Positions 28,295-35,990 of a DNA stretch of 42,325 bases are shown here, in pieces. This DNA comes from Deltaproteobacteria bacterium (lineage in GTDB: Bacteria; Desulfobacterota; Deferrimicrobia; Deferrimicrobiales; Deferrimicrobiaceae). Location of the stretch: NCBI GenBank assembly GCA_003105225.1, contig PQAK01000162.1, positions 1 through 42,325 of the forward strand. Direction: 5' to 3'. The stretch's first letter is position 1, and each line of letters begins with the position of its first letter. A program made the translations under genes and the position numbers. Below the pieces are notes generated by a model that saw only the letters and a program-made list of their open reading frames with translations, searched no databases and was not told the DNA's origin.

Positions 28295-28513
28295 ATGAGA
28301 TTGGAAGTCGAAAAGGTATTGGACAGCATTCGCCCCGCCCTCCAGGCCGACGGGGGAGACGTGGAACTCGTCGACGTCGACGGGGGCGTGGTGAAGGTGC
28401 GCCTCACGGGCGCATGCGGTGGGTGCCCGATGGCGACGATGACGCTGAAGGGCGGCATCGAGGCGGCGCTCAAGGAAGAGATTCCCTCGGTTCAGCGAGT
28501 GGAATCGGTTTGA
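28295..28513 (+). CDS. nfu: NifU C-terminal (Nfu-type) Fe-S cluster carrier domain protein
   Basis: A 72-aa protein with [36 protein letters not shown], the Nfu CxxC signature. Confidence 0.85.
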   Translation: MRLEVEKVLDSIRPALQADGGDVELVDVDGGVVKVRLTGACGGCPMATMTLKGGIEAALKEEIPSVQRVESV

Positions 28514-28539
28514 CCGAACCAATTCAGCAGGGAGGAAAC

Positions 28540-28710
28540 ATGGCGTACAAGATCACGGAGGAATGCATCGCCTGCGGCGCGTGCGCGCCGGAGTGCCCCG
28601 CCCAGTGCATCTCCGAGGGGGATCCCATCTACATAATCGATGCGAGCAAGTGCACCGATTGCGCCGCATGCGCAGGCGTGTGTCCCACCGCTGCGTGCGT
28701 TCCCGCGTAG
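28540..28710 (+). CDS. fdx: 2x[4Fe-4S] ferredoxin (clostridial type, 56 aa)
   Basis: MAYKITEECIACGACAPECP...CTDCAACAGVCP contains two CxxCxxCxxxCP motifs. A GGAGG RBS lies before ATG 28540. Confidence 0.9.
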   Translation: MAYKITEECIACGACAPECPAQCISEGDPIYIIDASKCTDCAACAGVCPTAACVPA

Positions 28711-28758
28711 CGGGACCATCCGGGAAACAGGGCCGGTTGCGGCCCGCGAAAACCGCAC

Positions 28759-28801
28759 GGGAGGCGAAAGCACACCTTTTCGCCTCCCGTCGATTTTTTT
28801 A
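28759..28801. terminator. Intrinsic terminator between convergent ferredoxin and tlpA-like genes
   Basis: GGGAGGCGAAA-gcacacc-TTTCGCCTCCC is followed by gtcgaTTTTTTTTAT. Confidence 0.7.
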
Positions 28802-28820
28802 TGGCGGACGCCTCCCCGGT

Positions 28821-29363
28821 TTACAGGAGTTTCCGGACCTCGCGCTCGAAGGCGTCCCTGTCGATGTAGCCGACGTGGACATTGCGGATGCGGCCGTCCT
28901 TGCCGACGAAGAACGTGGTGGGGATGGAGGTGACCCCGCCGTAGGCCTTGGCGGTGGCGATGTCTCCCATGAGGACGCGGTACCCGATCCCGTTTTCCAT
29001 CATGAACGAGGGCAGGTTCCGCTTCGTATCCGAATCGAGGGAGATGCCGACGAGCTCGAAACCGCTGCCGCGGTATTTGTTGTAGACCTCGACGAAGCCG
29101 GGGATCTCCTCGCGGCAGGGCCGGCACCAGGTCGCAAAGAAGTTGATGACGATGGGTTTCCCGGCGAACTGGGAGGAGTGGATCCGGTTCCCGCTGGTAT
29201 CGGCCAGGGTGAACGGAGGTGCCATCCGGGGGCCGTCTCCGGGGGAGACGGGGGACGAATCCTCCCGCATGCCGCCCGTGCCGGGCTGCCAGCCGCGTTG
29301 CCAGAGCACGGCCGCCAGGAATGCCAGCGCCAGGAGGCCTGCCAGCGTCAGGGATTTCTTCAT
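28821..29363 (-). CDS. TlpA/ResA-like membrane-anchored thiol:disulfide oxidoreductase
   Basis: MKKSLTLAGLLALAFLAAVLW is the anchor. FFATWCRPCREEIP...GISLD is the redoxin/AhpC-TSA type motif. I used the internal ATG 29363. Confidence 0.8.
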   Translation of the reverse strand: MKKSLTLAGLLALAFLAAVLWQRGWQPGTGGMREDSSPVSPGDGPRMAPPFTLADTSGNRIHSSQFAGKPIVINFFATWCRPCREEIPGFVEVYNKYRGSGFELVGISLDSDTKRNLPSFMMENGIGYRVLMGDIATAKAYGGVTSIPTTFFVGKDGRIRNVHVGYIDRDAFEREVRKLL

Positions 29364-29383
29364 GGGGAGTATTTTACAATACC

Positions 29384-29412
29384 TTGACCCTTCACCGGGC
29401 TTGATATTATAT
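29384..29412 (+). promoter_or_regulatory. Candidate sigma-70 promoter for the rubrerythrin-like/iscSU operon
   Basis: TTGACC-N17-TTATAT sits in an A+T-rich patch of the 171-nt divergent spacer. Confidence 0.3.
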
Positions 29413-29534
29413 GAAAATAGGGTCGCAATGGCCGAAACGGCCGGGACCATTCGTCAATCCTATTACCGTATCTTCATAAAGACGCAACCAGGCGGCGGCC
29501 CGCTTCAGCCGGATCACCTTACGGGAGGGCATCG

Positions 29535-29732
29535 ATGGCGAAATGGAGCATGGAGGAGGTGTTGCGCATGGCGCTGCGGCTCGAGCTGCAGAACTACGGG
29601 GAGTACCAGAAGGGGGCGCAGGAGGCGCAGATTCCCGCGCTGAAGGCGATGTTCTCCTTCCTCGCCGAGGAGGAGAAGGGCCACATCAAGCTCATCCGCG
29701 ACAAGATGGCCGAGTTCAAGGTGAAGGAGTAG
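29535..29732 (+). CDS. 65-aa rubrerythrin/ferritin-like half-domain protein (two helices, E...ExxH)
   Basis: MALRLELQNYGEY...MFSFLAEEEKGHIKLI has one Glu helix plus one ExxH helix, i.e. half of a di-iron four-helix bundle. It is a paralogue of 31859..32056. Confidence 0.6.
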   Translation: MAKWSMEEVLRMALRLELQNYGEYQKGAQEAQIPALKAMFSFLAEEEKGHIKLIRDKMAEFKVKE

Positions 29733-29747
29733 GACGGGAGACGGGCG

Positions 29748-30962
29748 ATGGCGCGCATCTTCTTCGACCATATCTCCACCTCGCCCCTCGATCCCCGGGT
29801 CTTCGAGGCGATGCGGCCGTACTTCCTGGAAGTCTACGGGAACCCGTCGTCGCATATCCACGACCAGGGGCAGGCGGCGCTGAAGGCGGTGGATGCGGCC
29901 AGGGCGGAGGTCGCATCGCTCCTCAACGCCGGTCCCGGCGAGATCGTCTTTACCTCGGGGGCGACCGAGTCGAACAACCTGGCGGTCAAGGGCGCAGCAG
30001 AGGCGGCCGGGAGGAAAGGCGGGCACATCGTCGTCTCGGACGTGGAACACTTCTCGGTCCTGAACGCCCTGATCCCCCTGCGCAACCGGGGAGTCGAGGT
30101 CACGACGGTCCCGGTCGACTCCGACGGCAAAGTCGACCCCGGGGACGTCGCCGGGGCCATTCGCTCCGACACGATGCTCGTATCGGTCATGCAGGCCAAT
30201 TCGGAGATCGGAACGATCCAGCCCGTCGCCGAAATCGGCAGGATCGCGCGGGAGCGGGGGGTCCTTTTCCACACGGACGCCACCGCTTCCGCGGGGCACA
30301 TCCCCCTGGACGTGCGAACGATCGGCGCGGACCTGGTCACGCTCTCCGCGCACAACTTCTACGGGCCCAAGGGCGCCGGCGCGCTCTTTGTCCGCGAGGG
30401 GGTGGCGCTGGTCTCGCAGATCGACGGCGGGTTCCAGGAAAGAGGCTTCCGCGCGGGCACCGAGAATGTCCCCGGCATCGTCGGGATGGGGGCGGCCGCC
30501 GGGATCGCGAAGCGCGAGATGGGGGAATGGGATTTTCGCCTGCGCCGGCTCGGGAAACGGCTGTGGGAGGGGATCGCCGCCTCGGTCGATCATCTCCATT
30601 TCACGGGGCATCCGTCGGACCGGCTCCCGGGGCACGTGAGCTTCTGGGTGGAATATGCCGAAGGGGAGTCGCTCCTGCTGTTCCTCAACGTGAACGGGAT
30701 CATGGCCGCGTCGGGCTCCGCGTGCAGCTCGAACCTGCGGGGGCACGACGAGGAGGACCTGGTGGCGTCGCCCGTCCTGCGGGCGATCGGGGTCCCCTCC
30801 GACATCTGCACCGGCTCGATCACCTTCAGCCTGGGAAAGGGGAACACCGAGGCGGAGGTCGACGAGGTCGTAAGCGTTCTCCCGGGCATCGTGAAGCGGC
30901 TCTGGGAGATGTCGCCGACCTATCTCGATTACCAGAAGCAGAAGGCGCAAGGAGGCGCGTAG
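29748..30962 (+). CDS. iscS: Cysteine desulfurase (NifS/IscS type, class V aminotransferase)
   Basis: IFFDHISTSPLDPRVFEAM...GNPSS.H....FTSGATESNN...SAHNFYGPKGAGALF...ASGSACSS contains the PLP-binding region and the active-site Cys loop. Confidence 0.9.
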   Translation: MARIFFDHISTSPLDPRVFEAMRPYFLEVYGNPSSHIHDQGQAALKAVDAARAEVASLLNAGPGEIVFTSGATESNNLAVKGAAEAAGRKGGHIVVSDVEHFSVLNALIPLRNRGVEVTTVPVDSDGKVDPGDVAGAIRSDTMLVSVMQANSEIGTIQPVAEIGRIARERGVLFHTDATASAGHIPLDVRTIGADLVTLSAHNFYGPKGAGALFVREGVALVSQIDGGFQERGFRAGTENVPGIVGMGAAAGIAKREMGEWDFRLRRLGKRLWEGIAASVDHLHFTGHPSDRLPGHVSFWVEYAEGESLLLFLNVNGIMAASGSACSSNLRGHDEEDLVASPVLRAIGVPSDICTGSITFSLGKGNTEAEVDEVVSVLPGIVKRLWEMSPTYLDYQKQKAQGGA

Positions 30963-30964
30963 CG

Positions 30965-31348
30965 ATGGCGGGCGGACCGTATACGGCGAAGGTGATGGAT
31001 CATTTCATGAATCCCAGGAACGTCGGGGAGATCGAGAACGCCGACGGCGTCGGCGAGGTCGGCAACCCCGCCTGCGGCGACATGATGCGGCTCTACCTCA
31101 AGGTGGAGGAGGGAAAGATCGTCGACGCGAAGTTCCGCACGTTCGGGTGCGGCGCGGCGATCGCCTCCAGCTCGATGCTGACCGAGATGATCAAGGGGAA
31201 GACGCTCGAGGAGGCGCGGGCGATCACGAACCAGCAGGTCGCCGAAGCGCTCGACGGGCTCCCCCCCGTGAAGATCCACTGTTCCGTGATGGCGGAGCAG
31301 GCCGTGAAGGCCGCGCTGGACGACTACGTCAAAAAGAATCCCGGCTGA
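30965..31348 (+). CDS. iscU: Fe-S cluster assembly scaffold IscU/NifU N-terminal type
   Basis: HFMNPRNVGE..GNPACGDMM..FRTFGCGAAIASSS..IHCSVMAEQA carries the three conserved Cys. It starts 2 nt after the iscS stop. Confidence 0.9.
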   Translation: MAGGPYTAKVMDHFMNPRNVGEIENADGVGEVGNPACGDMMRLYLKVEEGKIVDAKFRTFGCGAAIASSSMLTEMIKGKTLEEARAITNQQVAEALDGLPPVKIHCSVMAEQAVKAALDDYVKKNPG

Positions 31349-31361
31349 CGGAGGCTCTCCC

Positions 31362-31829
31362 ATGATCGACCTCAACGAGAATGAAATCCTCCAGGTCGCC
31401 GTCGTCCACGAGGAGCGGGCCCGCAGGTATTACGAGCACCAGGCGTCCCGGCATCCCGGGGACCCGGCGGGGGACCTGTTCTCGTTCCTCGCGGGGGAGG
31501 AAGAGGGGCACATCCGGAAGCTCTCCGCCAAGTACGGCGTGCCGAAGATCGAAGCCGGCTGGGAGGAGAAATACCTTCCCTTTCTCATCGACCTGGAAAG
31601 GCTCGCCTGGGAGGAGGGCGTGGATGCGGAGGCGACGAAGGGGCCCGAAGCGGTCCGCAAGGGGCTGCTGATCGCAAAAAAGGCGGAGTCGCACGCGATC
31701 GATTTTTACCACCGGGCCTCCCGCGTCGTCGAGGACAAGAACACGAAGGGCCTGCTCGCGGAACTGGAGTCGGAAGAGAGAATGCACCTGATGAAGATCG
31801 AGAGATACCTGAAAGAGCTGCAGGGATAG
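31362..31829 (+). CDS. Rubrerythrin/ferritin-like four-helix protein (155 aa, two E...ExxH halves)
   Basis: The first half reads VVHEERARRYY...FLAGEEEGHIRKL. The second half reads IAKKAESHAIDFY...LESEERMHLMKI. Confidence 0.65.
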   Translation: MIDLNENEILQVAVVHEERARRYYEHQASRHPGDPAGDLFSFLAGEEEGHIRKLSAKYGVPKIEAGWEEKYLPFLIDLERLAWEEGVDAEATKGPEAVRKGLLIAKKAESHAIDFYHRASRVVEDKNTKGLLAELESEERMHLMKIERYLKELQG

Positions 31830-31858
31830 AACCGCCGACCATCCACCGGGAGGGAACC

Positions 31859-32056
31859 ATGCCGATGTCGCCGATCGAGATCATCCGGATGGCGCTGGAT
31901 AGGGAAAAAGACGCCGTCCGCGACTACACCGAGTACGCCAAGACCGCCGAGGACCCCTCGATCCGCGAGATGTTCCTCTTCCTTGCGGGGGAGGAGAAAA
32001 AGCACGTGCGGCTGCTCCAGGCGGAAGTCGAGAAGGAAGTCTACCAGGAAATGTAG
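31859..32056 (+). CDS. 65-aa rubrerythrin/ferritin-like half-domain protein (second copy)
   Basis: MALDREKDAVRDYTEY...MFLFLAGEEKKHVRLL has the same length and layout as 29535..29732. Confidence 0.6.
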   Translation: MPMSPIEIIRMALDREKDAVRDYTEYAKTAEDPSIREMFLFLAGEEKKHVRLLQAEVEKEVYQEM

Positions 32057-32070
32057 CCCCGGGGGGAAGC

Positions 32071-33465
32071 GTGGCGCTCTCCCTGTACGATACCGCTTCC
32101 AGGAAAAAGGTGCCCTTCGCTCCGCGGCAGCCGGGCCGGGCGGGAATCTACACCTGCGGCCCGACCGTCTACCGGTATGCCCACATCGGGAACCTGCGCA
32201 CCTACCTCCTGACCGACCTCCTCGTCCGCACCCTGCGCTTCGCGGGGTTCCGGACGTTCGCCGTCCAGAACATCACCGACATGGGGCACATGCACGAGGA
32301 GGCCCTCGACCGCGTGGAGGACAAGGTGATCGCGGCGGCCCGCGCGGCAGGCAAGACCGGGCGCGAGATCGCGGAATTCTTCACGGAAGCGTTTTTCCGC
32401 GACTGCCGGCGGATGCACTTCCTCCCGGCGGACGTCTACCCGAAGGCGTCGGCGCACGTTCCCGAGATGATCGCGATCGCGAGGGAGCTGGAAAGAAAGG
32501 GGGCCGCCTACCGGGAAGGGGATTACGTCTACTTCGACGTGACCCGGGCGGAAGGTTACGGGGGCCTTTCCGGCGCGCAGCTGGGCGGGGGGGAGGCCGC
32601 ATCGCGGACGGACGTCTCCATCCACCGGCACAAGAGGCGCCCGGAGGATTTCACCCTGTGGCTGCCCGCCGAGCCGGGGCGCGAGTTCAGCTGGGACAGC
32701 CCCTGGGGCCGGGGGTGGCCCGGCTGGCACGTCGAGTGCGCGGCGATGGCGATCAAGTACCTGGGCCCCGAGTTCGACATCCACGCAGGCGGGGTCGACC
32801 TGCGGTTTCCCCACCATGAGAACTCCCGGGCGATGGCGATGACCGCCACGGGGGGCCGGTTTGCCTCCATCTGGCTGCATGCGGCGCACCTGCTCGTGGA
32901 AGGGCACAAGATGTCCAAGTCGCTGAAGAACGAGTATACGTTGGACGATCTCGAGTCCCGCGGCGTCACCCCGATGGAATTCCGATACTATTGCATGACG
33001 CTTCATTACCGCACCCCGATGAATTTCACCTGGGAGGGGCAGGCGGCGGCGTCCCGGGCGTTTTCCCGGTTGAAGGAGGCGGTCGCGCGGCCCGCCGCGG
33101 GGGGAGAAGCGGACCCGGAAGCGGCCGACCGGTTTCGCCGCCGGTTCCGCGACGCCGTGGAGGACGACCTCAATCTTCCGCGGGCGATCGGCGTGGCCCA
33201 TGATACGGCGCACGCGGGCCTTCCCGCCGGCGCGTTGCGGGAGCTCGCATCGGAATGGGAGACGGTGCTGGGGCTGGAGCTCCTTGCCGGCGCCGGTGAA
33301 GCAGCGCCGGTCCCGCCGGAGGTGAAGGAGCTGGCCGCGCGCCGCGAGTCCGCGCGCCGTGCGAAGGATTTCGCGGAAGCCGACGCCCTCCGCGCGAAGA
33401 TCCGCGAGTCCGGCTTCGAGGTCACCGACTCCGGGAACGGCCCTGCACGGCTGCGGAAATTGTGA
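32071..33465 (+). CDS. cysS: Cysteine--tRNA ligase
   Basis: The class I motifs HIGN (YAHIGNLRT) and KMSKS (HKMSKSLKN) are present, together with WPGWHVECAAM and FPHHEN blocks. The start is GTG. Confidence 0.9.
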   Translation: MALSLYDTASRKKVPFAPRQPGRAGIYTCGPTVYRYAHIGNLRTYLLTDLLVRTLRFAGFRTFAVQNITDMGHMHEEALDRVEDKVIAAARAAGKTGREIAEFFTEAFFRDCRRMHFLPADVYPKASAHVPEMIAIARELERKGAAYREGDYVYFDVTRAEGYGGLSGAQLGGGEAASRTDVSIHRHKRRPEDFTLWLPAEPGREFSWDSPWGRGWPGWHVECAAMAIKYLGPEFDIHAGGVDLRFPHHENSRAMAMTATGGRFASIWLHAAHLLVEGHKMSKSLKNEYTLDDLESRGVTPMEFRYYCMTLHYRTPMNFTWEGQAAASRAFSRLKEAVARPAAGGEADPEAADRFRRRFRDAVEDDLNLPRAIGVAHDTAHAGLPAGALRELASEWETVLGLELLAGAGEAAPVPPEVKELAARRESARRAKDFAEADALRAKIRESGFEVTDSGNGPARLRKL

Positions 33466-33476
33466 AGGAGGCTCGG

Positions 33477-34451
33477 ATGATCCCGGTGAAATCGGTGGAC
33501 GACCTGATGGAGATGGCGCACGGCTACCAGAGGTCGATGGCGCTGTTCGTGGCGCTCAAGCTCGATGTTTTTTCGGCGCTGGGAGACGGCCCCGCGGACG
33601 CGCGCGCCCTGGCGCGCAGGCTGTCGGCCGATCCCCGCCGCCTCTCCATCCTCCTGAACGCGATGGCCGCGATGGGGCTGATCGCGAAGACGGGGGAAAC
33701 CTACCGGAACCTGCCGATCGCGAAGGATTTCCTGTCCGCAGGGACCCGTTCGAAGCGCTCCATCCTGCTGCACCACCTGGACTGCTGGGAAGAGTGGTCG
33801 GGGCTGGAGAGGAAGGTCCGCGGGGGGCGAAAGGCGCGTCCCGACCGCGGAGGCTACCAGGAAAACTTCATCCGGGGCATGGAGGACAACGCCCGGGAGC
33901 GTGCGGTGCTCGTCGCGGGACAGATCCCGCTGCGCGCGGGGGAGCGCGTGCTCGACCTGGGGGGCGGCCCCGGCACCTACGCGGTGGAGTGGGCGAAGCG
34001 CTATCCGGGCGCGGAGGTCACGGTATTCGACACGCGGGAGACCCTCCGCGTCACGCGCAAGATCCTTCGGGAGAAGGGAGCCACCCGCATGGTCCGCCTC
34101 CTGGAAGGGGACTTCACGGAAGAGGCGCTCGGCGGACCCTACGACTTCATCTGGATCTCCCAGATCCTCCACGCCTATTCCGAAAAGGAATGCATCGCGC
34201 TCCTGCGGAAGGCGCGGCGCGCGCTGGCCCCCGGAGGCCGGGTCTCCATCCAGGAATTCCTTCTCGAGGAGAGCGGGGACGCCCCTCCCGGCCCTGCGTT
34301 CTTTTCGGTCCACATGGCGGCGGTGACCGAGGGCGGAAGGGCCTACACCGCCGGGGAGGTCGCCGCCATGCTTCGGGCGGCCGGGTTCCGCAAGGTCCTC
34401 CCGGGCCGCCCGGACTCCCGGGGGGTGGGGATCGTATCGGGGCAGACCTAG
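33477..34451 (+). CDS. SAM-dependent O-methyltransferase (Methyltransf_2 with N-terminal dimerisation/wHTH domain)
   Basis: The N-terminal LFVALKLDVFSAL...LLNAMAAMGLI is the dimerisation domain. The SAM motif is VLDLGGGPGTYAVEW. A GAAGGAGG RBS lies before ATG 33477. Confidence 0.75.
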   Translation: MIPVKSVDDLMEMAHGYQRSMALFVALKLDVFSALGDGPADARALARRLSADPRRLSILLNAMAAMGLIAKTGETYRNLPIAKDFLSAGTRSKRSILLHHLDCWEEWSGLERKVRGGRKARPDRGGYQENFIRGMEDNARERAVLVAGQIPLRAGERVLDLGGGPGTYAVEWAKRYPGAEVTVFDTRETLRVTRKILREKGATRMVRLLEGDFTEEALGGPYDFIWISQILHAYSEKECIALLRKARRALAPGGRVSIQEFLLEESGDAPPGPAFFSVHMAAVTEGGRAYTAGEVAAMLRAAGFRKVLPGRPDSRGVGIVSGQT

Positions 34452-34538
34452 AAACCCATAGATTCGAATTTTTGGTTGTGGTATCGTTGCTGGGGTAAAT
34501 GCCGTGAACGCATCCCCATGTGATCGCCCCGATCACCG

Positions 34539-35990
34539 ATGAAAAAGAAGATCGTAGTCGGATTATCGATCTATACCGCCGTCCTCCTCGCCGCCGGCAT
34601 CTACATCATCTATACCATCCACGCTTCCACGGCAGACCTGAACCGACTGGTCCGGCTCCATGAAGTGGAGATCCTGAGGGAGCACTACCTGATCCAGATC
34701 AAGAGGGTGCAGTCGGACCTGACGCTCATGGAGACGAGTCATCCGAGAAGCGTCGGAACCGTCATCAACAACGTGACGGACATGGGAAAGCTCGTCGATT
34801 CCTGTTTCGGGTGCCATCACTCCGCGCAAGGGACGGAACAACTTGCGAACCTGAAGATGCAGACGGACCGGTACAAGGATGCCCTGGCGGGGATCCTGGC
34901 GATCCGGCCGGGCGGCCGCAGGCGCGCGGCCATGGAGGACGCCTTCCGGATCGGCGAGAACCTGATCGAGCAGTCCCGGGACATGATCGCCCTCACTTCC
35001 TCCAGGCTCACGGAGAAGACGCAGAAGGCGATGGGCGATATCGGGCGCACCCAGTACCTCCTGTACGGGATCGTGGGGCTGGGACCCTTGTTGTCGGCGT
35101 TGTTGGGGTATGTGTTCATCTCGGGCATGACCCGTCCCCTCGACGCCCTGCTCGATTCCACCCGGAAATTGAAGGCCGGGGACCTGGATCACCGGGTCCA
35201 GGACCTGCGGGATGAATTCGGCGAGCTGGCGGTCTCCTTCAACGAGATGGCGGAATCGCTCAAGGAGCAGATGCGGAAAATGCAGCACACCGAGCAGATG
35301 GTGGTCGTCGGCGAGCTGGCGGCGGGCCTGGCGCACGAGATCAAAAACCCGCTCGCAGGCATCAAGGTGGCCATGCAGGTCCTGTTCGAGGAGAACGGCA
35401 TTTCGGAGGAAGACCGCAACGTCGTACGGCGGGTTTCCCAGGAGGTCGTGCGCCTCGAATCCCTGATGAAAAACTTCCTGAACTTCGCCAAGCCGGCGAA
35501 ACCGCAGCTTGCGGAGCTGAACGTCAACAGCATGATCAACACGATCCTTGCCTTCTACGTGAAGAGCCGTCCGGTTTCCAAGGACTTTCCGAACGCGGTG
35601 TGCATCACGAAGGAGCTGCATCCGGTCCCGAATACCATGGCCGATCCGATGCAGCTGCAGCAGGTGTTCCTGAACCTGGTCCTGAACGCCGTCGACGCCA
35701 TGCCGAACGGGGGGATGCTCCATGTCCGGACGGTCTTCGACGCGGGGCCCTCCCGCATATCCATCGAGATCATGGACACGGGCAAGGGGATCAGCCCCGA
35801 GCATGTCGACAAGATCTTCCAGCCGTTTTTCACCACCAAGCCCAAGGGGACCGGCCTGGGCCTGGCGATTTCCAAGCAGCTGATCGAGCAGCACGGAGGC
35901 TTTATCACGGCCGCCGGGAATCCTTCCGGCGGAACGATTTTCGGCATTCAACTCCCGCTGAAAAATCCCCCGGGGGAGATGACGACATGA
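34539..35990 (+). CDS. Sensor histidine kinase (2 TM, periplasmic domain with CXXCH, HAMP, HisKA, HATPase_c)
   Basis: TM1 is LSIYTAVLLAAGIYIIY. The periplasmic segment contains SCFGCHH. TM2 is YLLYGIVGLGPLLSALLGYVFI. Other elements are the HAMP (RPLDALLDSTRKLKAGDLDHRV), the H-box LAHEIKNPL, the N-box LNLVLNAVDAM and the G-boxes DTGKGI / GTGLGLAI. Confidence 0.85.
   Translation: MKKKIVVGLSIYTAVLLAAGIYIIYTIHASTADLNRLVRLHEVEILREHYLIQIKRVQSDLTLMETSHPRSVGTVINNVTDMGKLVDSCFGCHHSAQGTEQLANLKMQTDRYKDALAGILAIRPGGRRRAAMEDAFRIGENLIEQSRDMIALTSSRLTEKTQKAMGDIGRTQYLLYGIVGLGPLLSALLGYVFISGMTRPLDALLDSTRKLKAGDLDHRVQDLRDEFGELAVSFNEMAESLKEQMRKMQHTEQMVVVGELAAGLAHEIKNPLAGIKVAMQVLFEENGISEEDRNVVRRVSQEVVRLESLMKNFLNFAKPAKPQLAELNVNSMINTILAFYVKSRPVSKDFPNAVCITKELHPVPNTMADPMQLQQVFLNLVLNAVDAMPNGGMLHVRTVFDAGPSRISIEIMDTGKGISPEHVDKIFQPFFTTKPKGTGLGLAISKQLIEQHGGFITAAGNPSGGTIFGIQLPLKNPPGEMTT

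Noticed and set aside
28414-28539. An N-terminal extension of the ferredoxin ORF (track ORF 28414..28710) that overlaps nfu.
   Set aside because: The extension has no ferredoxin-like sequence. ATG 28540 has a perfect GGAGG RBS and gives the canonical 56-aa 2x[4Fe-4S] ferredoxin.
29364-29534. I looked for an IscR/Rrf2-type operator in the spacer upstream of the isc genes.
   Set aside because: I could see no convincing match to the type-1 IscR palindrome, and no IscR gene is in the window. Only a generic -35/-10 candidate is reported.
32281-32319. A ~13-aa insertion (MGHMHEEALDRVE) between the NITD and DK blocks of CysRS, relative to the E. coli enzyme.
   Set aside because: I believe a comparable insertion exists in a known CysRS subfamily. 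The HIGN and KMSKS motifs are intact, so this is probably normal family variation.
32714-32730. TGGCAC-N5-GTGC inside cysS, and a similar TGGCAC at about 40303 inside the MOSC gene.
   Set aside because: Both are deep inside coding sequence. The cysS one encodes the conserved WPGWHVEC block, and both have imperfect -12 elements.
34455-34480. The tRNA T-loop-like string aGATTCGAATtt just after the O-methyltransferase gene. It could have been a tRNA fragment or an att site at the start of the lower-G+C region.
   Set aside because: The flanking bases do not form a T stem or an acceptor stem, and I could not draw a cloverleaf. A 7-nt match alone is not meaningful.
34520-34536. A short palindrome, GTGATCG-ccc-CGATCAC, immediately before the histidine-kinase ATG.
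   Set aside because: A 7-bp stem with a 3-nt loop could arise by chance. There is no second copy and no obvious partner regulator. It is too weak to call an operator.
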